This document shows positions 13,313 through 27,787 of a stretch of 64,000 nt of DNA, in pieces; positions within the stretch are counted from its first letter, which is position 1, and every line of letters starts with the position of its first letter. This DNA comes from Azolla caroliniana (lineage: Eukaryota > Plantae > Polypodiophyta). The DNA is taken from the NCBI GenBank assembly GCA_043228905.1, contig JBHGNT010000002.1:18476001-18540000 (forward strand), written 5' to 3'. The translations under genes and the position numbers were made by a program. Below the pieces are notes generated by a model that ran no database searches, had not been told where the DNA came from, and saw only the letters and a program-made list of their open reading frames with translations.

Positions 13313-16300
13313 TGTTGCGAAATCGGTCCCTCCAGATGGGATCTAGCTATGAATGAAGAGATCCGGAAATTGGATCGGATGGACCCAATGAGAACCGGAA
13401 GAGAAGACAAATTTGTAAATATGTCTTGAGTAAGCCTATTGAGGCCACATTTGTAAATAGCCTTAAGTTCACATAAGTATAAATATGACTTAGGGCAATC
13501 ACTTTATGCGTAAGAGAGAGTTGTATGTTGTAGTTGTTCATATCGTTGTAACTGTTGTACAGAGAGAGAGAGCGATAGAGAGGGAGAGAGCGTGAGATAC
13601 AAAGAGATACTCTGTTGTAACCGCCGGTTGGCGAAGATACAGAGCTCGAGGTCATTGCCTCCAAGGCTCTAATTGTACCTTTCTCCTATAGTGATAGTTG
13701 GAGTCTGTGGGCTCATGTCGTTTTTCCCTATTTGGGTTTTCCACGTAAACATCATGTGAATTTCCTTTGTGTACTCTCCACTTCCCATTTTTGTGTTTGA
13801 TTCTCATTGAAGTGATTCATTACTCGGTTGTGGCCGAGATATATTCCGCGCTATTCTCAACAAACTGGTATCAGAGCAAACAACACGAGAAATGGAAGAA
13901 TTGTTCGGTGGCATGTTCAAGCTCACCGGCTCCAACTACTCAGTGTGAAAGTCGAAGATTAGGGATATGTTGGTGGTTAAAGATATTTGGTTGCCGGTTC
14001 AGTTCGGGGACAAGAGACTGGATAAGATTGACGCCACAATGTGGGAGGTGATGCACATGAAGACGACGACATACATCCAGTGCTTAATCGACATGAGCGT
14101 GTACAACAACTTCAATGAAGAGAGCAAGGCTCATGAACTCTAGGAGAAGATCGGCATCATTCTAGAACTAGAATGCTGTTAATCAGATTTTGGTATTTCA
14201 GAAGCTAGTGAGGCTCCGGTACCAGGGTGACTCCAGTATGGCGGAGCACATGAATGCTTTCCAAGGACCGATCCACCAAGCAACCTCATTGGAAGTACCT
14301 TTTGCCGATGAGGTACTCGCATTGCTCCTGCTCGGTCCCCTCCCGGATAGTTGGGACACGTTAATTGTCATGTTGGGCAAAGCCGGGCTGGAAGGAAAAC
14401 AGTTGTCCCTAGCAAGGGTAAAATAAAGCTTCCTAGATGAAGAACCTCGCCGGAAGGACCGAGAGTCCGGAACCGATCCGAAGGCCTTGGTCACGGAAGA
14501 CGACCACAGCTGGGGAAGAGGCTGGTATCGGAATCCCCAAAACTAGGACAAGTCGGGGATGAGGTCGAAGTCAAGGGGGAGGTCTACTTGCTTCTACTGT
14601 GGGAAGCTGGGGCACTTCCAGAAGAACTGTTAGCATTTTCGGAAAGAGAAGGAAACCGGCATTACCGATTTGAAGAAGATTTTGGACCGAAACGGTTCGA
14701 ATCAGAGAGGCCCGGATCGGAAGGGAACGTCCGCGATCGCGACTAGTGAAGAAGAATTGATGCTCATTACCAAAGAGAATGAGTTAAACCTTGTCGGCGA
14801 TGAGACAATGTGGGCTGTCGATTCCAGAGCGTCGTTCCACTTGACACCGGATCGGAAATGCTTGTCATCCTACATAGCCGGTGATCATGGTTGTGTCTGG
14901 ATGGGGAATGAAGGTACATGCCGAATTATCGGCATAGGAGATGTGTTGTTGACGACATGATTTGGATGCAAATTGTTGGTGAAGGATGTCTGACACGTTC
15001 AGGAGGTTCGACTGAACCTGATATCAGCCGGTCGGCTAGATGATGAAGGTTACACGGGTAGCATCCGGAATGGAGTTATGAAGTTCAACAAGGGAAGCTT
15101 GATAATGGCTCGAGCCCAGAAGGTCAATACCCTGTACCTGATGAATGCCTGGATATGCCAAGAAGACGTGAACGTAGCGTCCGACACTGTCGGTGAGCTG
15201 TGGCACAAGAGACTGTGTCACATGAGCCAAAAGGGGATGAGAAGATTTGCTGAAGACAACCTCATTCCGGAGATGAAAGCCATGCATCTTGAGAAGTGCA
15301 CTGATTGCTGGGCCGGCAAGCAAAACCAAACCTCCTTTCGATCAAGACCACCGATGAGACGGAATGCACCACTTGAGCCAGTGCATACCGATGTGTGTCA
15401 AGTGGACACGAAGTCACATGCCAGATCGTGAGAGTGGAAAGAGAAACTGGCCGAATGCTGAAGGCGGTTCGAGTGGACAACGGAGGAGAATACCGGGGGC
15501 AGTTTGAGGAGTATTGCCAGTCAAAGGGAATACGACTCGAATTTACTATGCCAAAGACGCCGGAACTAAACAGGCTGACCGAACGAATCAACCAAACCGT
15601 GATGGAGAGAGTCCAGAGCATGCTCACACATGCCAAGTTACCCAAGACGTTTTGGGCTGAGGTGCTGACGACGGTAACCTATGTGATAAATAGATCACCC
15701 TCAGTTCCCTTGGGAGGAGACTCACCTCAGAAAGTATGGACCGGTAAAGATGTGTCTTACCGGCATCTGAAGGTGTTCAGGTGTCTCGCATACGTGCATG
15801 TGGTGAAGGACAAGAGAGCAAAGATGGATCCGAAGTCCCAGCCAGACATATTACTTGGATATGGCGATGATGAGTTCGGTTACCAGGTGTGGGATTTGGT
15901 TGACAAGAAGGTGTCCCAGAGTCGGGACATAGTCTTCATGGAAGACAGGACCATTGCCGACTGGGAGTCGGAGAAGAAGATGATGAACTCTGGATCATCC
16001 AATGAAAACCGGCTTGAGGACACAAGGACTTACCCAGTTGAAAACTGGATGTTAGCTGGTAACTGGATGACACTTGAGGAACCAGCCGGATACGGACAAG
16101 AAACCGAACCGACCGAAGAAGAAGAAGAAGATGATGACACCGCAACCGGACAAGATCCCGAATCGGATTCGGATTCGGAACAGACGGAGGAACCGGTAGT
16201 TAGAAACCAAGGAAGGAGATATCCTCTCCGGGAGAGAAGAGCCCCACGGAGATTTCCGGATGCAGAGCACGTGTTGCTAACCGATGAGGGGGAGCTGGAA

Positions 16301-18110
16301 AGCTTCGAAAAAGCAAAGAGAGACACCCACAACCGCAAGTGGTTGAGTGCCATGCTGGATGAGATGGATTCCCTGCATGAGAACCACACATATCAACTAA
16401 CAGAGTTGCCAAAAGGGAAGAGAGCACTCCGGAACAAGTGGGTGTACAAGCTGAAACAAGGAGATGCCGGAAATCCACCAAGGTATAAGGCCCGAATCGT
16501 GTGAAGGACTTCCAGTAGAAGAAAGGAGTGGACTTCGATGAGATCTTGGCTTCGGTAGTAAAGAAGACATCCATTCGGACGATATTGGGAATAGTGGAAA
16601 GCATGAACCTCGAGGTAGAGCAACTGGATGTCAAGACGACATTCCTCCACTGTGACCTCGAAGAAGAGATCTACATGCTTCAACCGGAAGGATTTGAGAG
16701 GAAAGGGAAGGAACACCTGGTGTGCCGGCTGAAGAAGAGCCTATACAGACTAAAGCAAGCCCCCCGGCAATGGTACTAGAAGTTGGACTCCTTCATGACC
16801 AACCAAGGGTACCACAAGACACAAGCCGATCACTGCGTGTTGGTGAAGAAATTTGACGGAGGAGATTTCCTGATACTCCTCCTATATGTGGATGATATGC
16901 TAATCATCGGACGAGACCAAGTCAAGATACAGATGCTGAAGAAGGCTCAGAACCAGACCTTCTCAATGAAAGACTTGGGTCTGGCAAGACAGATATTGGG
17001 AATGCACATCATCCGGGACCGGTCTAAGAAGCTGTTGTGGTTGTCACAAGAGAAGTACGTGACAAAGGTGCTTCAACAGGTCAACATGTCGGAGGTGAAA
17101 CCGGTCGGATCGACACTTCCGGCAAACTGCAAGCTATCCGGAAAACGAAGCCCGAGGACAAAGGCGGAGAAGACGGATATGATCAAGACACCATATGCCT
17201 CGACCATTGGGAGCTTGTCAACCACGGAGGCAGAGTACATGGCAGTTGTAGAAACCGGCAAGGAGATAATCTGGATGAAGGACTTCATCGGAGAGCTAGG
17301 GATCCAACATGAGGAATACCGGCTTTACTGCAACAGTCAAAGTGCCATCTACCTTGCAAAGAACGCGGCCTACCATTCCCGGACGAAACATATCCAGTGG
17401 AGGTACCACTGGATCCAGGAGAGAGTAAAAGATCAAGAGTTCATGCTGACGAAGATCCACATGGAGGAGAATGGGTCGGATATGCTGACCAAGGTGTTGA
17501 TGACCGACAAGCTGGACGCATGCCGAATGCGGATCAGGTTGATAAGACATCCCATGCCGGAGTGAAGGGGGAGATTGTTGGGAAATTGGTCCCTCCGGAT
17601 GGGATCCGGCTGTGAATGAAGAGATCTGGAAACAGGATCGGATGGACCCAGTGAGAACCGGATGAGAAGACAGATTTGTAATATATGTCTTGAGTAAGCC
17701 TATTGAGGCCCACATTTTTAAATAGCCCTAAGTTCACATAAGTATAAATATGACTTAGGGCAATCACTTTATGCGTAAGAGAGAGTTGTATGTTATAGTT
17801 GTTCATATTGTTGTAACTGTTGTACAGAGAGAGAGCGATAGACAGGGAGAGAGCGTGAGATACAGAGAGATACTCTGTTGTAACCGCTTGTTGGCGAAGA
17901 TACAGAGCTCGAGGTCGTTGCCTCCAAGGCTCTGATTGTACCTTTCTCCTATAATGATAGTTGGCGTCCGTGGGCTCCTGTGGTTTTTCCCTATTTGGGT
18001 TTTCCATGTAAACATCATGTGTATTTCTTTTGTGTATTCTCTACTTCCCATTTTTGTGTTTGATTCATTACTCGGTTGTGGCCGAGCCATATTCCGCGCT
18101 ATTCTCAGCA
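13313..18110 (+). mobile_element. Ty1/Copia element A1, full-length but degenerate
   Basis: LTRs 13313-13862 and 17576-18110; TSD GAGGC; PBS TGGTATCAGAGC at 13866; PPT before 17576; gag-PR-INT-RT(YVDD)-RH with stops and internal deletions. Confidence 0.95.
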
Positions 18111-18619
18111 GAGGCTATGACTGATCAAGTTACAAACTGGGAACTAGATGTTATGAGGTCAGAAACTCAAGAAGTTGGGAGCGACAATATGAGGAACTTA
18201 AGACGCTAGGAATAATACAAAAGAAGATGGGTCTAAAGAAGAATACTAGATTGATTTGTCAATGACTGATGTTGTATCCCTTGAAAGGGACCAAGGAGGT
18301 TACAAGTATTTACAAGTACATGCATTAGAATATTCGGGAGAATATTCTAGAACCCTCTAGAACCTTCTAGTTCTAGAACTTTCTAAAAACTCCTAGAACT
18401 TGAAATAGATAATATACTAATAATCTACTAAGATATATATAACATGACCATATATTTGGATATTTTGGTTAGAACACAACACTTGGCTATATACAAGAGG
18501 TCAAGAGTTCAAATCTTGTTGTCATGTCTATGACATTGTCCTCCCCTTTACGACTGCCTTTTCAAAAGTGTGGTGTACAGGTGATTTGAAAGAGAAAACG
18601 AAAGTACATTGAGGTGTGA

Positions 18620-19180
18620 ACGCAGGCAACCATGTGTGGTCCTCATCGGAGACTAGACACCAACGTGAGCGTGAGCAACCATGTTCGGTCCTCATCGGAG
18701 ACTGGAACACCAACATGAGTGAGAGACCATGTACAGTCGTCCCCGGAGACATAAACACCAACAAGTGTGAGAGACCATGTACTGTCCTCACCAACAACTG
18801 GAACACCAATGGACGTGAGCGACCATGTGCGGTCCTCACCGGAGACACGAACACTAACGGGCATGAGCGACCATGTGTGATTCTCATCGAAGACACGAAC
18901 ACCAACATGTGTGGGAGACCATGTACGGTCCTCACCGGAGAATGAACACCAACGTGCGTGAGCGACCATGTGTTTTCCTCACTGGAGACAGGAACACCAA
19001 TGGATGTGAGTGACCCTGTGCGGTCCTCACCGGGAACTAGAACAGGAACTAACGTGAGCGACCATATGCGATCCTCATGGGAGACAGGAACACCAATGGG
19101 CGTGAGTGACCGTGTGCGGTCCTCATGGGAGACAGGAATACCAATGGGCGTGAGCGACCCTATGCGGTCCTCACCGGGAT
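18620..19180. repeat. ~60-bp tandem repeat (about 9 copies)
   Basis: Unit GTGAGCGACCATGTGCGGTCCTCACCGGAGACACGAACACCAA..; followed by GA-rich ~36-bp repeats to ~19630. Confidence 0.85.
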
Positions 19181-22100
19181 TTGGAAAACTTGATGTCAAT
19201 GAAGGCTAGGCAAAGTAGTGTTGATGAGACACCAAGAGGTGTTGAAGATGATGATGTCGAAGAAGAAGCAATGAAGACAATGATGTTGAGGAAGTGTCTT
19301 TGGAAGCAATGACTGTGACTATGACAATGATGGAAATAGAGAAATAGATGAAGAGGATAAGAAACATAGAGATCAAGATGTTGAGGATAAACAGAAACAC
19401 AAAGATAGAGATATAGAGGATGATAGAATACACAATGACAAGGACGAAGATGATAAGAAACACATAGATAGGGATGATGATGATAAGAAACACGTAGATA
19501 GAGATGAAAATGGCAAGAAACACAGGGAGAAGGATGACAATGACAAAAAACGCAGAGATAGGGATGTGGAAGATGATAAGAAACGCAAAGATAGGGATGA
19601 TGATGATAAGAAACTAAAAGACAGAGACAACGAGGAGAATAAACTAGGAGAATATTCTTCATGTCTGTGACAATGGGTGTCTTCCTTGGCTTCTTCAAAG
19701 CTCTCCGGCTCCCTCTCATCGGTTAGCAGTACAAGCTCTTCATTTGGAAATCTTCGGGGGGGGCTCCTTTTTCTTAGGTGCTATCTACGACCTCCATTTG
19801 GCACAGTCAGTTCTTGTTCGACTTCTTTGGCCAATTCGAATTCGGTTCGTTGTTCGGCCGTTTCCCCTCGCTCTTCCGTCGGTTCTCGATTTTGCCGAGT
19901 ATTAATTAGCTTTGCCGACTGTCTCCGATTCGATTTCGATCGAACCGGCTTCTACTCGATTCGGCCGAGCGTTGACTCGGTTTGATTCGGTAGTTGGAGA
20001 CTTATTCTCAATCTCCTAGTCAACGATTGTCTTTTCCTCCATGAAGACAATATCGTGGCTCCTAATCACTTTCTTCTCGGCTAAGTCCCATAGCCGATAG
20101 CGAAATTCATCATTGCCGTAGCCGAGAAATATGCTAGCCGAGACTTCGGGTCCAACTTCCCCTTCTAGTTCTTTGCCACATGCACATAAGCAAGATAGCT
20201 GAACACCCTCAAAGGTCGGTACGATACGTTGTCGTGCCTTTCGGTGCCGGATCGTAAAAACGTAGTGTATGAAATACACTACGACAACGTCTTTGCCACT
20301 CCACACCCTTTGTGGAATATCACTGTCCAAGGGTACTTAGGGTGATCGGTTTATCACATACGCTGTCGTCATCAGCCCCTCAACCCATAACATCTTCGGT
20401 AACTTAGCATGTGCAAGCATACTTCAGACCCTTTCCATTACGATACAGTTCATTCCCTCGACCAGGCCATTAAGCTCTAGCGTCTTCGGCACGGTATACT
20501 TGAGCCGGATTTCTTGATTTCGGCAATATTCCTCAAACGGTACTCTCCACCATTGCCCGCTCAGACTGCCTTCAGTTTTCGGCTGGTTTCTCTCTCGGCC
20601 CTTGCTTGGAACTCTTTGAAGATGGATAACACTTGATCCTTCGTCTTTAGCACGGAAGCCCACAACTTCCTGCTACACACATCAATGAAGGTCACGAAAT
20701 ACTATGAACCACCATGCTACTTTTTGCCCACATAGCATACGTCCGTATGCACGAGTTCCAACAACATTTTCTTCCTCATCGGGGGCCTCATTCGGAAGGA
20801 TGTTCGATTCTGCTTACCAGCCAAGAAATCTATGCACTTCTCAAGTTGCACGTTCTTCACCTTAGGAACGAGGTTGTCCTCGATAAGCTTTCACATCCCC
20901 ATTCTAACTCATATGGCACAACCTCTTGTGCCACAGTTCACCGATTGTGTCGGCTGCCATGTTTGCTTCCCCTCGACATATTCAAGCATTCATTATGTAC
21001 AGTGTGTTGATCTTCCGAGCTAAAGCCACGATCAGACTTCCTCGGTAGAACTTCATGAAACCGTTTCGGATGCTACCCTTGTAGCCCTCATCATCTAGCC
21101 GACCGGCTGATATTAGGTTCAATCGAACCTCCGGAACGTGTCGTACATCTCTCAACACGACTCTGCACTTCAGGTTTCCAAACACACATCTCCAATGCTG
21201 ACGATTCGGCATGCTCCTTCATTTCTCATCTTCACGGATCCAAGATCTCCGGCTTTGTAGGATGAGAAGCACTTTTGGTCAAGGGTTAGGTGGAATGACA
21301 CACCCATGTCGAGTCTTCGCCAGCGAGATTCACTTCGTTTTGCTCACTAATGAGCAATAACTCCTCACTCGTGGTGATTGCTGAGGTGTTCTTTCTGTCT
21401 AGGATTTTCTTCGGCTCTACACCATCAGTTTCCCTTTTCTCCTTTTGAAAGTGTTGGTACTTTTTCTAGAAGTGCCCCGGCTTCCCACAATAGAAGCACA
21501 TGGGTCTCCCCCTCGACTTCGACCTAGTCCCCGAGTTATCTCGGTCCGGGAGACTTCGATATCGGCCTCTTCCCGGAATCATGTCACCTTCCGTGACTAA
21601 AGCCTTTTGGTCGGTATTGGACTCAAGGTCCTTCTGGTGAGCTTCTTCATTCAACAAGCTCGACTTCACCTGCTCTAGGGATAGATGCTTCCCTTCTGGC
21701 CTGGCATTGCGCAAAGTGACAATGAGTGTCTCCCAGTTGTTCGGAAGGGATCCTAACAACAATAATGGTAATACCTCGTTGGCCAGAGGTACTTCTAGAG
21801 AGGTGGTTTGGTTCATAAATCCTTGGAAGGCATTGATGTGCTCCGCCACACTGGAGCCATCCTGATACTGGAGCCTCTTGAGTTTTTGAAATACTCAGGC
21901 TCGGTTCAGGACGTTCTTGTTTTCGAACATGATGCCAATCTTCTTCCATAGGACGTTTGCTTCTATTTCTTCGCCAAAGTTGTTGTATATTCTCATGTCT
22001 ATAAAACACCTTATGTATGCAACTGCCTTCGGATACAACACTTCCCACGTCCTTGCATCGATCTTGTCTGGTTTTTTATCTCGGAACTACACCGTTAGCC

Positions 22101-25100
22101 AGAGGTCTTTGCACACGAGCATGTCTCTCATCTTCGACTTCCACACTGAGTAGTTGGAACCGGTTAGCTTAAACATGCCGCCGAATGAGTCTCCCATAGC
22201 TCTGATCCCACTTTGTTAGGAATAGACCAACGACAACCGGTTTCACATTCGTATTCGTGTGTAAAAACCAAGAACTAGTACACAGACAGGGAAAACGTGA
22301 AGACACAGAGACACCGATATTTTACGTGGAAAACCAGAAATGGGAAAAAACCACGAGGGTCCACAAACCCCGAGAAAACAGATCACTATAGTAGAGAGGA
22401 ATTACAAATACGAAACTCGGAGGCAGCGACCTCGAGTTCTCCTTCGTCTGACAGAAACTACAGAGTTACACCCTCACTCTCTCACTCATAGTTACAGAGG
22501 CAACTACCTCGTTTTGACTTTTCAATAATGATCACTAGCTGTTACTATAAAGTTTTCCCTAGTTGCTTATAAACCAAAGCAACTTTCTGGCAATTTACAA
22601 GTATAGCCCCCATGAGGCATTCTAGACTATTTACAATTATAGTCTTCCAAAACGATTTCAGTTTTCACAGAGTTACACTCTCACTCTCTCACTCATAGTT
22701 ACAGAGGCAACTACCTCGTTTTGACTTTTCAATAATGATCACTAGCTGTTACTATAAAGTTTTCCCTAGTCGCTTATAAACCAAAGCAACTTTTTGGCAA
22801 TTTACAAGTATAGCCCCCAGGAGGCATTCTAGACTATTTACAATTATAGTCTTCCAAAACGATTTCAATTTTCAATTTCAATTTTGGTTTCAATAGTCAC
22901 CAACATGGTACTTCTCTTACCATCCGGAGGGACATGTTTCCAAACATAATGCTTAGAATGGCAAGCGCTCTTCATATGTAACTTTCACATGTATTCTAAC
23001 TTAAACTTACAAATGAATGGAAATATATCATCTTTGGGAATCATATGTATCTTTTTGAATTATTATGATTTTGCAATGAAAAATCTAATAATATACCCCT
23101 TTGGTATAGATATGTATGTTCTTTTTACATAAAGTATCAAGTGTGTGGTGAAAAATCCTTTTGGTTAGTATGAAAACTGTGTTAAGTATTTACTAACCTA
23201 GAGATAACTAAGATAGGAGTGTTCATTCCACTCATCACTCATCTTCTCACTATCATACACATGTTAAAAGTAAGGGACAAGCATCATTCGTAGCACACAC
23301 TCTGTCCTTCATTATATCCAATTTGCTTTGTCTAGTGTGTGGTACACTCATGAGGGAACCGAGTGAACATGTTAAATGCTAGTACTAATGCAAAGTTTTG
23401 TTCAAGTATACATACCACATTATTCCTATAACTCTTTTAGAGTTCATATGTGTTGAGAGACAAGCTCAACATCGGCTGGATCGGCTGAGCAAGCCGAGGA
23501 TTGGATCGGTTGCGACCGATCGGTTAGACCGGATCGGTACCGGTACGCAGACCGATGCGTAGGAAGGCCGGATCGGTGTAGAAACCGTGAGGCCATGGGA
23601 AAGATATTCCGTAAGGAATATATTTGGGAGTTAGTGTAGGGGCTCCTTAACGAGCATTGAAGTACTGTCAGTACTTCTGTTAGTCCGAAAAGCACTTGTA
23701 TAAAAGTGTTCATTGAACACACATGATGTACAGATTTGAGTATTATTTTGAATATAGTTTTGGTTTTTACTCTCTCTCTGTCTCTCCTGTGCGTACTGTG
23801 CAAACCTAAGCTTTCCATTAAACCTGTGTTTTTTGTTGTACGGTTTCCTATATTGCTTCCGCACGCCATTCTTTTCATGGTATCAGAGCGCGAGGGTTGA
23901 GAACCTCTGCAGTCGACTTTGCTTGAAGGAAAAACCAACGAAGAAGAATAAGAAAACCGATGGACAGAGGAATGGCTACCTCGCTTCCAATGGAGAATCT
24001 CGACAGAACCAACTATGCATCTTGGACCTACAAGATGCACCAGTACTTGCTTGGGCACGGTTACTGGAGCTATGTCGAAGGAGCGAATGACGCGGCACTC
24101 GAATCGACACACAAAGACTTCTCGGCGTGGGAACAATCTGTTGGGATTACGGTCCTTCCGGATGGGATGGTCGGATGTCCGGAGATGAATGACGACAAGC
24201 CCGGTTGCGGTTTCGGAACCGGATGATGAAGACCCCGGCTTCGGAGCCGGATGACGAATGTACCCGGAGAGAGATCCGGATGCGGGGACATATCTGTGAA
24301 TATGTTTGCCAAGGGCGATTGAGGCTATAGTTGTAAATAGCCCTAAAGTCATATGTGTATAAATATGACTTAGGGCAAACAGTTTATGTGTTGCTACTCA
24401 TTTTTCTGTTTTTCCACTCAAGAGGAGTGAAGAGAGAGCAGTCGTGAGAGAGATAGAGCGTGAGAGAGGAAGAGGTCGACGCCTCTGTGTAATTCCGCCG
24501 CCTGTGGCGAGGACAGCGAGCTCAAGGTCGTCGCCTTGCAGCTCGCCATTGTATATTTCTCTGTGCATAGTTTTGGTTCGGAGTCTTGTACTCCCGTGGT
24601 TTTTCCCGTACAGGGTTTTCCACGTTAAATCGTGTGTCCACTTATTTACCTTGCATTTCCCATTTTCTGCAACAACGATTCGTGTGTTTCCTTGGTTGTG
24701 GCCGAGAGGTGAAGTTTGGGAAGTGTCGATTATTTCCATCAATTTGGTATCAGAGCAGGCTGCTGCAGAAAATGGAAGGCGGCGGCAGCGGGCAGCCGGG
24801 GATGATGGTGCTGAATGCGCAGAATTACGCCGACTGGAAGATCAAGATGGAGGATCTTCTGATTGTTCGGGACCTGTACGAACCGATTGACAGGTCGGAA
24901 ATACCGAAGGGGGTACTTGAGTCGGAATGGAGGCTTCTGAACCGGAAAGCCGTTGCAACCATTCGGCAATACGTCGACGTGAGCGTTCTACAACATGTGG
25001 CGAACGACATCAACGCATATGAGATGTGGCGGAAGCTGTCGGGCCTCTACGAGAGGAAGAATGCGTTGAACCGGACCTCCCTGATGAGGAAGATAGTGAA

Positions 25101-27787
25101 CCTCAAGTACCGGGACGGCGAGAGTATGGTGGAACACGTAAGCACGTTCATGGGATTCGTGAACCAGCTTGCGACGATCAAGTTCCCGCTGGAGGATGCA
25201 ATGCAAGCCATCATTCTGATGTGTACATTGCCGGAAAGCTGGGAGAGCTTGGTGGTGACTCTCAGCACCTCCTGCACGGAAGATAACTTGTCCCTACAAA
25301 CGGTAAAGACAAGTATTTTGAATGAAGAAGCGCGTCGGAGAGATAAAGAACCGGCCTCCGACTCGAAGGCGCTGCTTACCGAATCGGAACGGGGAAGACA
25401 ATGGAACCGGAGTCCGCAAAGACAGGAGAAGTCGGGGACCCGGTCGCAGTCAAGAGGAAGACCCACATGCTTCCACTGTGGGAAGCCGGGGCACTTCCGG
25501 AAGAATTGTCGGCATTACCGAAAGGACAACGGAGCCGACGACACCGATTCGAAGAAGTCACCGGAGAGAAGAAGGTGAACTAAACACCTGGGTGGTCGAT
25601 TCCGGAGCATCGTTCCACCTAACCCCGGAGAGAAGATACTTCTCATCCTACACAGTTGGTGAGCATGGCTGTGTTCGGATGGGAAATGAAGGTACGTGCC
25701 GGATTGCCGGCATAGGAGACGTGTGGTTGACAACCTCGACCGGATGCAAAATGCTGCTGAAGGATGTCCGACACGTTCCGGAGGTTCGATTGAACCTGAT
25801 TTCGGCCGGGAGGCTAGACGATGAAGGCTACTCAGGTAGCATCCGGAACGGCGTAATGAAGTTCAGCAAGGGGAGCCTGATAGTGGCTCGGGCCCGGAAA
25901 GTCAACACATTGTACCTTATGAATGCCTGGTTGTGTCCGGAAGAGTTGAACGTGGCAGCCGACACTGCCGGTGAGCTGTGGCACAAGAGACTGTGCCACA
26001 TGAGTGAGAAGGGGATGAAGAGGCTTGCAGAAGACAACCTCATTCCAGTGAAGCATGTGCACCTGGAGAAGTGCACCGATTGCCTGGCCGGTAAGCAGAA
26101 CCGAACCTCCTTCCACTCAAGGCCACCGACGAGACGTAGCGCACCATTGGAGTTGGTGCACACTGATGTGTGTCAGGTAGAAACGAAGTCACATGGCGGA
26201 GCCCAGTACTTCGTAACATTCATTGATGATCACAGCCGGAAGCTGTGGACGGCACCGTTGAAGACAAAGGACCAAGTGTTGTGCGTCTTCAAAGAACTCC
26301 ACGCGAGAGTGGAAAGGGAATCCCGCAAGAAGCTGAAAGCGATACGAGCGGATAACGGAGGGGAATACCGGGGGCAGTTCGCGGAGTACTGTCGCTCGAA
26401 GGGAATCCGGCTCGAGTTTATTGTGCCGAAGACGCCGGAACTGAACGGGCTGGCCGAGAGGATGAACCGGACCATAATGGAGAGGGTCCGGAGTATGCTG
26501 GCGCATGCGGAATTACCCAAGGGGTTTTGGGCTGAGGCGATGTCAACGGCGACATACGTGATAAACAGATCACCCTCAGTACCTTTGGACGGAGACACGC
26601 CGCAGAGAGTGTGGACCGGTAGGGAAGTATCCTACCGGCATCTGAAGGTGTTCGGGTGTCTCGCATACGTGCATGTGGCAAAGGACCGGAGAGGAAAGCT
26701 AGATCCAAAGACCCGGCCATGCATATTCCTCGGTTACGGCGATGACGAGTTCGGCTACCGAGTATGGGACCCGGTCGACAAGAAGATATTCCGGAGTCGT
26801 GATATCATCTTCATGGAGAACAGGACACTCGCCGACTGGGAGTCGGAGAAGAAGATGAAGAGCTCCAAGTCGACCGGTGAGGATAAACTCTACGAGGAGC
26901 AGTCCCGACCGGCAAGGGACCGGTTAACACTCGAAGATCCGGCCGAAGACGGTGAAGAAACAGAACCGGCCGAAGAAGATGAAAATGATACCGGAACCGG
27001 CCCCGATCCCGAAATGGATTCGGATGAAGAAGAATCGGAAGAACCAGTTACCGAAGCTCCGGAACGGAGATATCCTCTAAGAGAGAGAAGGGCTCCCCGG
27101 AGATTTCCGGAACCAGAGCACGTGCTGCTAACCGACGAGGGGGAGCCGGAGAGCTTTGAAGAAGCGAAGCATGACACCCATAGCCGCAGGTGGTTAAGTG
27201 CCATGCAGGAGGAGATGGATTCCCTGCATGAGAACCACACATATGAACTTGTGGAGTTGCCGAAAGGAAAACGGGCACTCCGTAACAAGTGGGTGCTCAA
27301 GCTGAAACCGGGAGATGCCGGAAACCCCCCGAGATACAAAGCCAGGATCGTGGTGAAGGGGTTTCAGCAGAAGAAGGGCGTCGACTTCGACGAGATATTT
27401 GCCCCGGTAGTGAAGATGACCTCCATCCGGACGGTGCTGAGCATAGCGGCAAGCATGGACCTCGAGATAGAACAGATGGACGTGAAGACGGCATTCCTTC
27501 ACGGTGACCTCGAAGAAGAGATCTACATGCAGCAACCGGAAGGATTCGAGAAGAAAGGGAAGGAGCACCTGGTATGCCGGTTGAAGAAGAGCCTTTACGG
27601 TCTGAAGCAAGCTCCCCGGCAATGGTACCGGAAGTTCGACTCCTTCATGACAGACGAAGGGTACCACAAAACGCAATCCGATCACTGCGTGTTTGTGAAG
27701 AAGTTCGAAGGAGGAGACTTTCTAATACTCCTCCTGTACGTGGACGACATGTTGATCGTCGGACGAGACCAGGTCAAGATACGGATG

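Larger units (their letters stand above)
13263..19672 (-). mobile_element. Non-autonomous LTR-bounded element with internal tandem repeats (interrupted by Copia A1)
   Basis: Ends TGTCACGG...CTGTGACA; LTR-like unit 13263-18535 followed by a reverse polypurine tract; degenerate TSD GTGCG/ATGGG; removal rejoins ESFEEAKEDTH-IRKWLSAM of Copia B. Confidence 0.6.
11140..22946 (-). mobile_element. Decayed Ty1/Copia element B (host of three nested insertions)
   Basis: 5' LTR 22214-22946 (with ~205-bp internal tandem duplication); PBS-Met reverse complement at ~22199-22210; gag with CFYCGKPGHF, integrase and RT/RNase H fragments; PPT at 11552-11564; 3' LTR ends at 11551, outer boundary unclear. Confidence 0.85.

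Noticed and set aside
18528-19719. Protein-coding ORFs over the tandem repeats
   Set aside because: Open in several frames on both strands because of repeat periodicity; no domain signal
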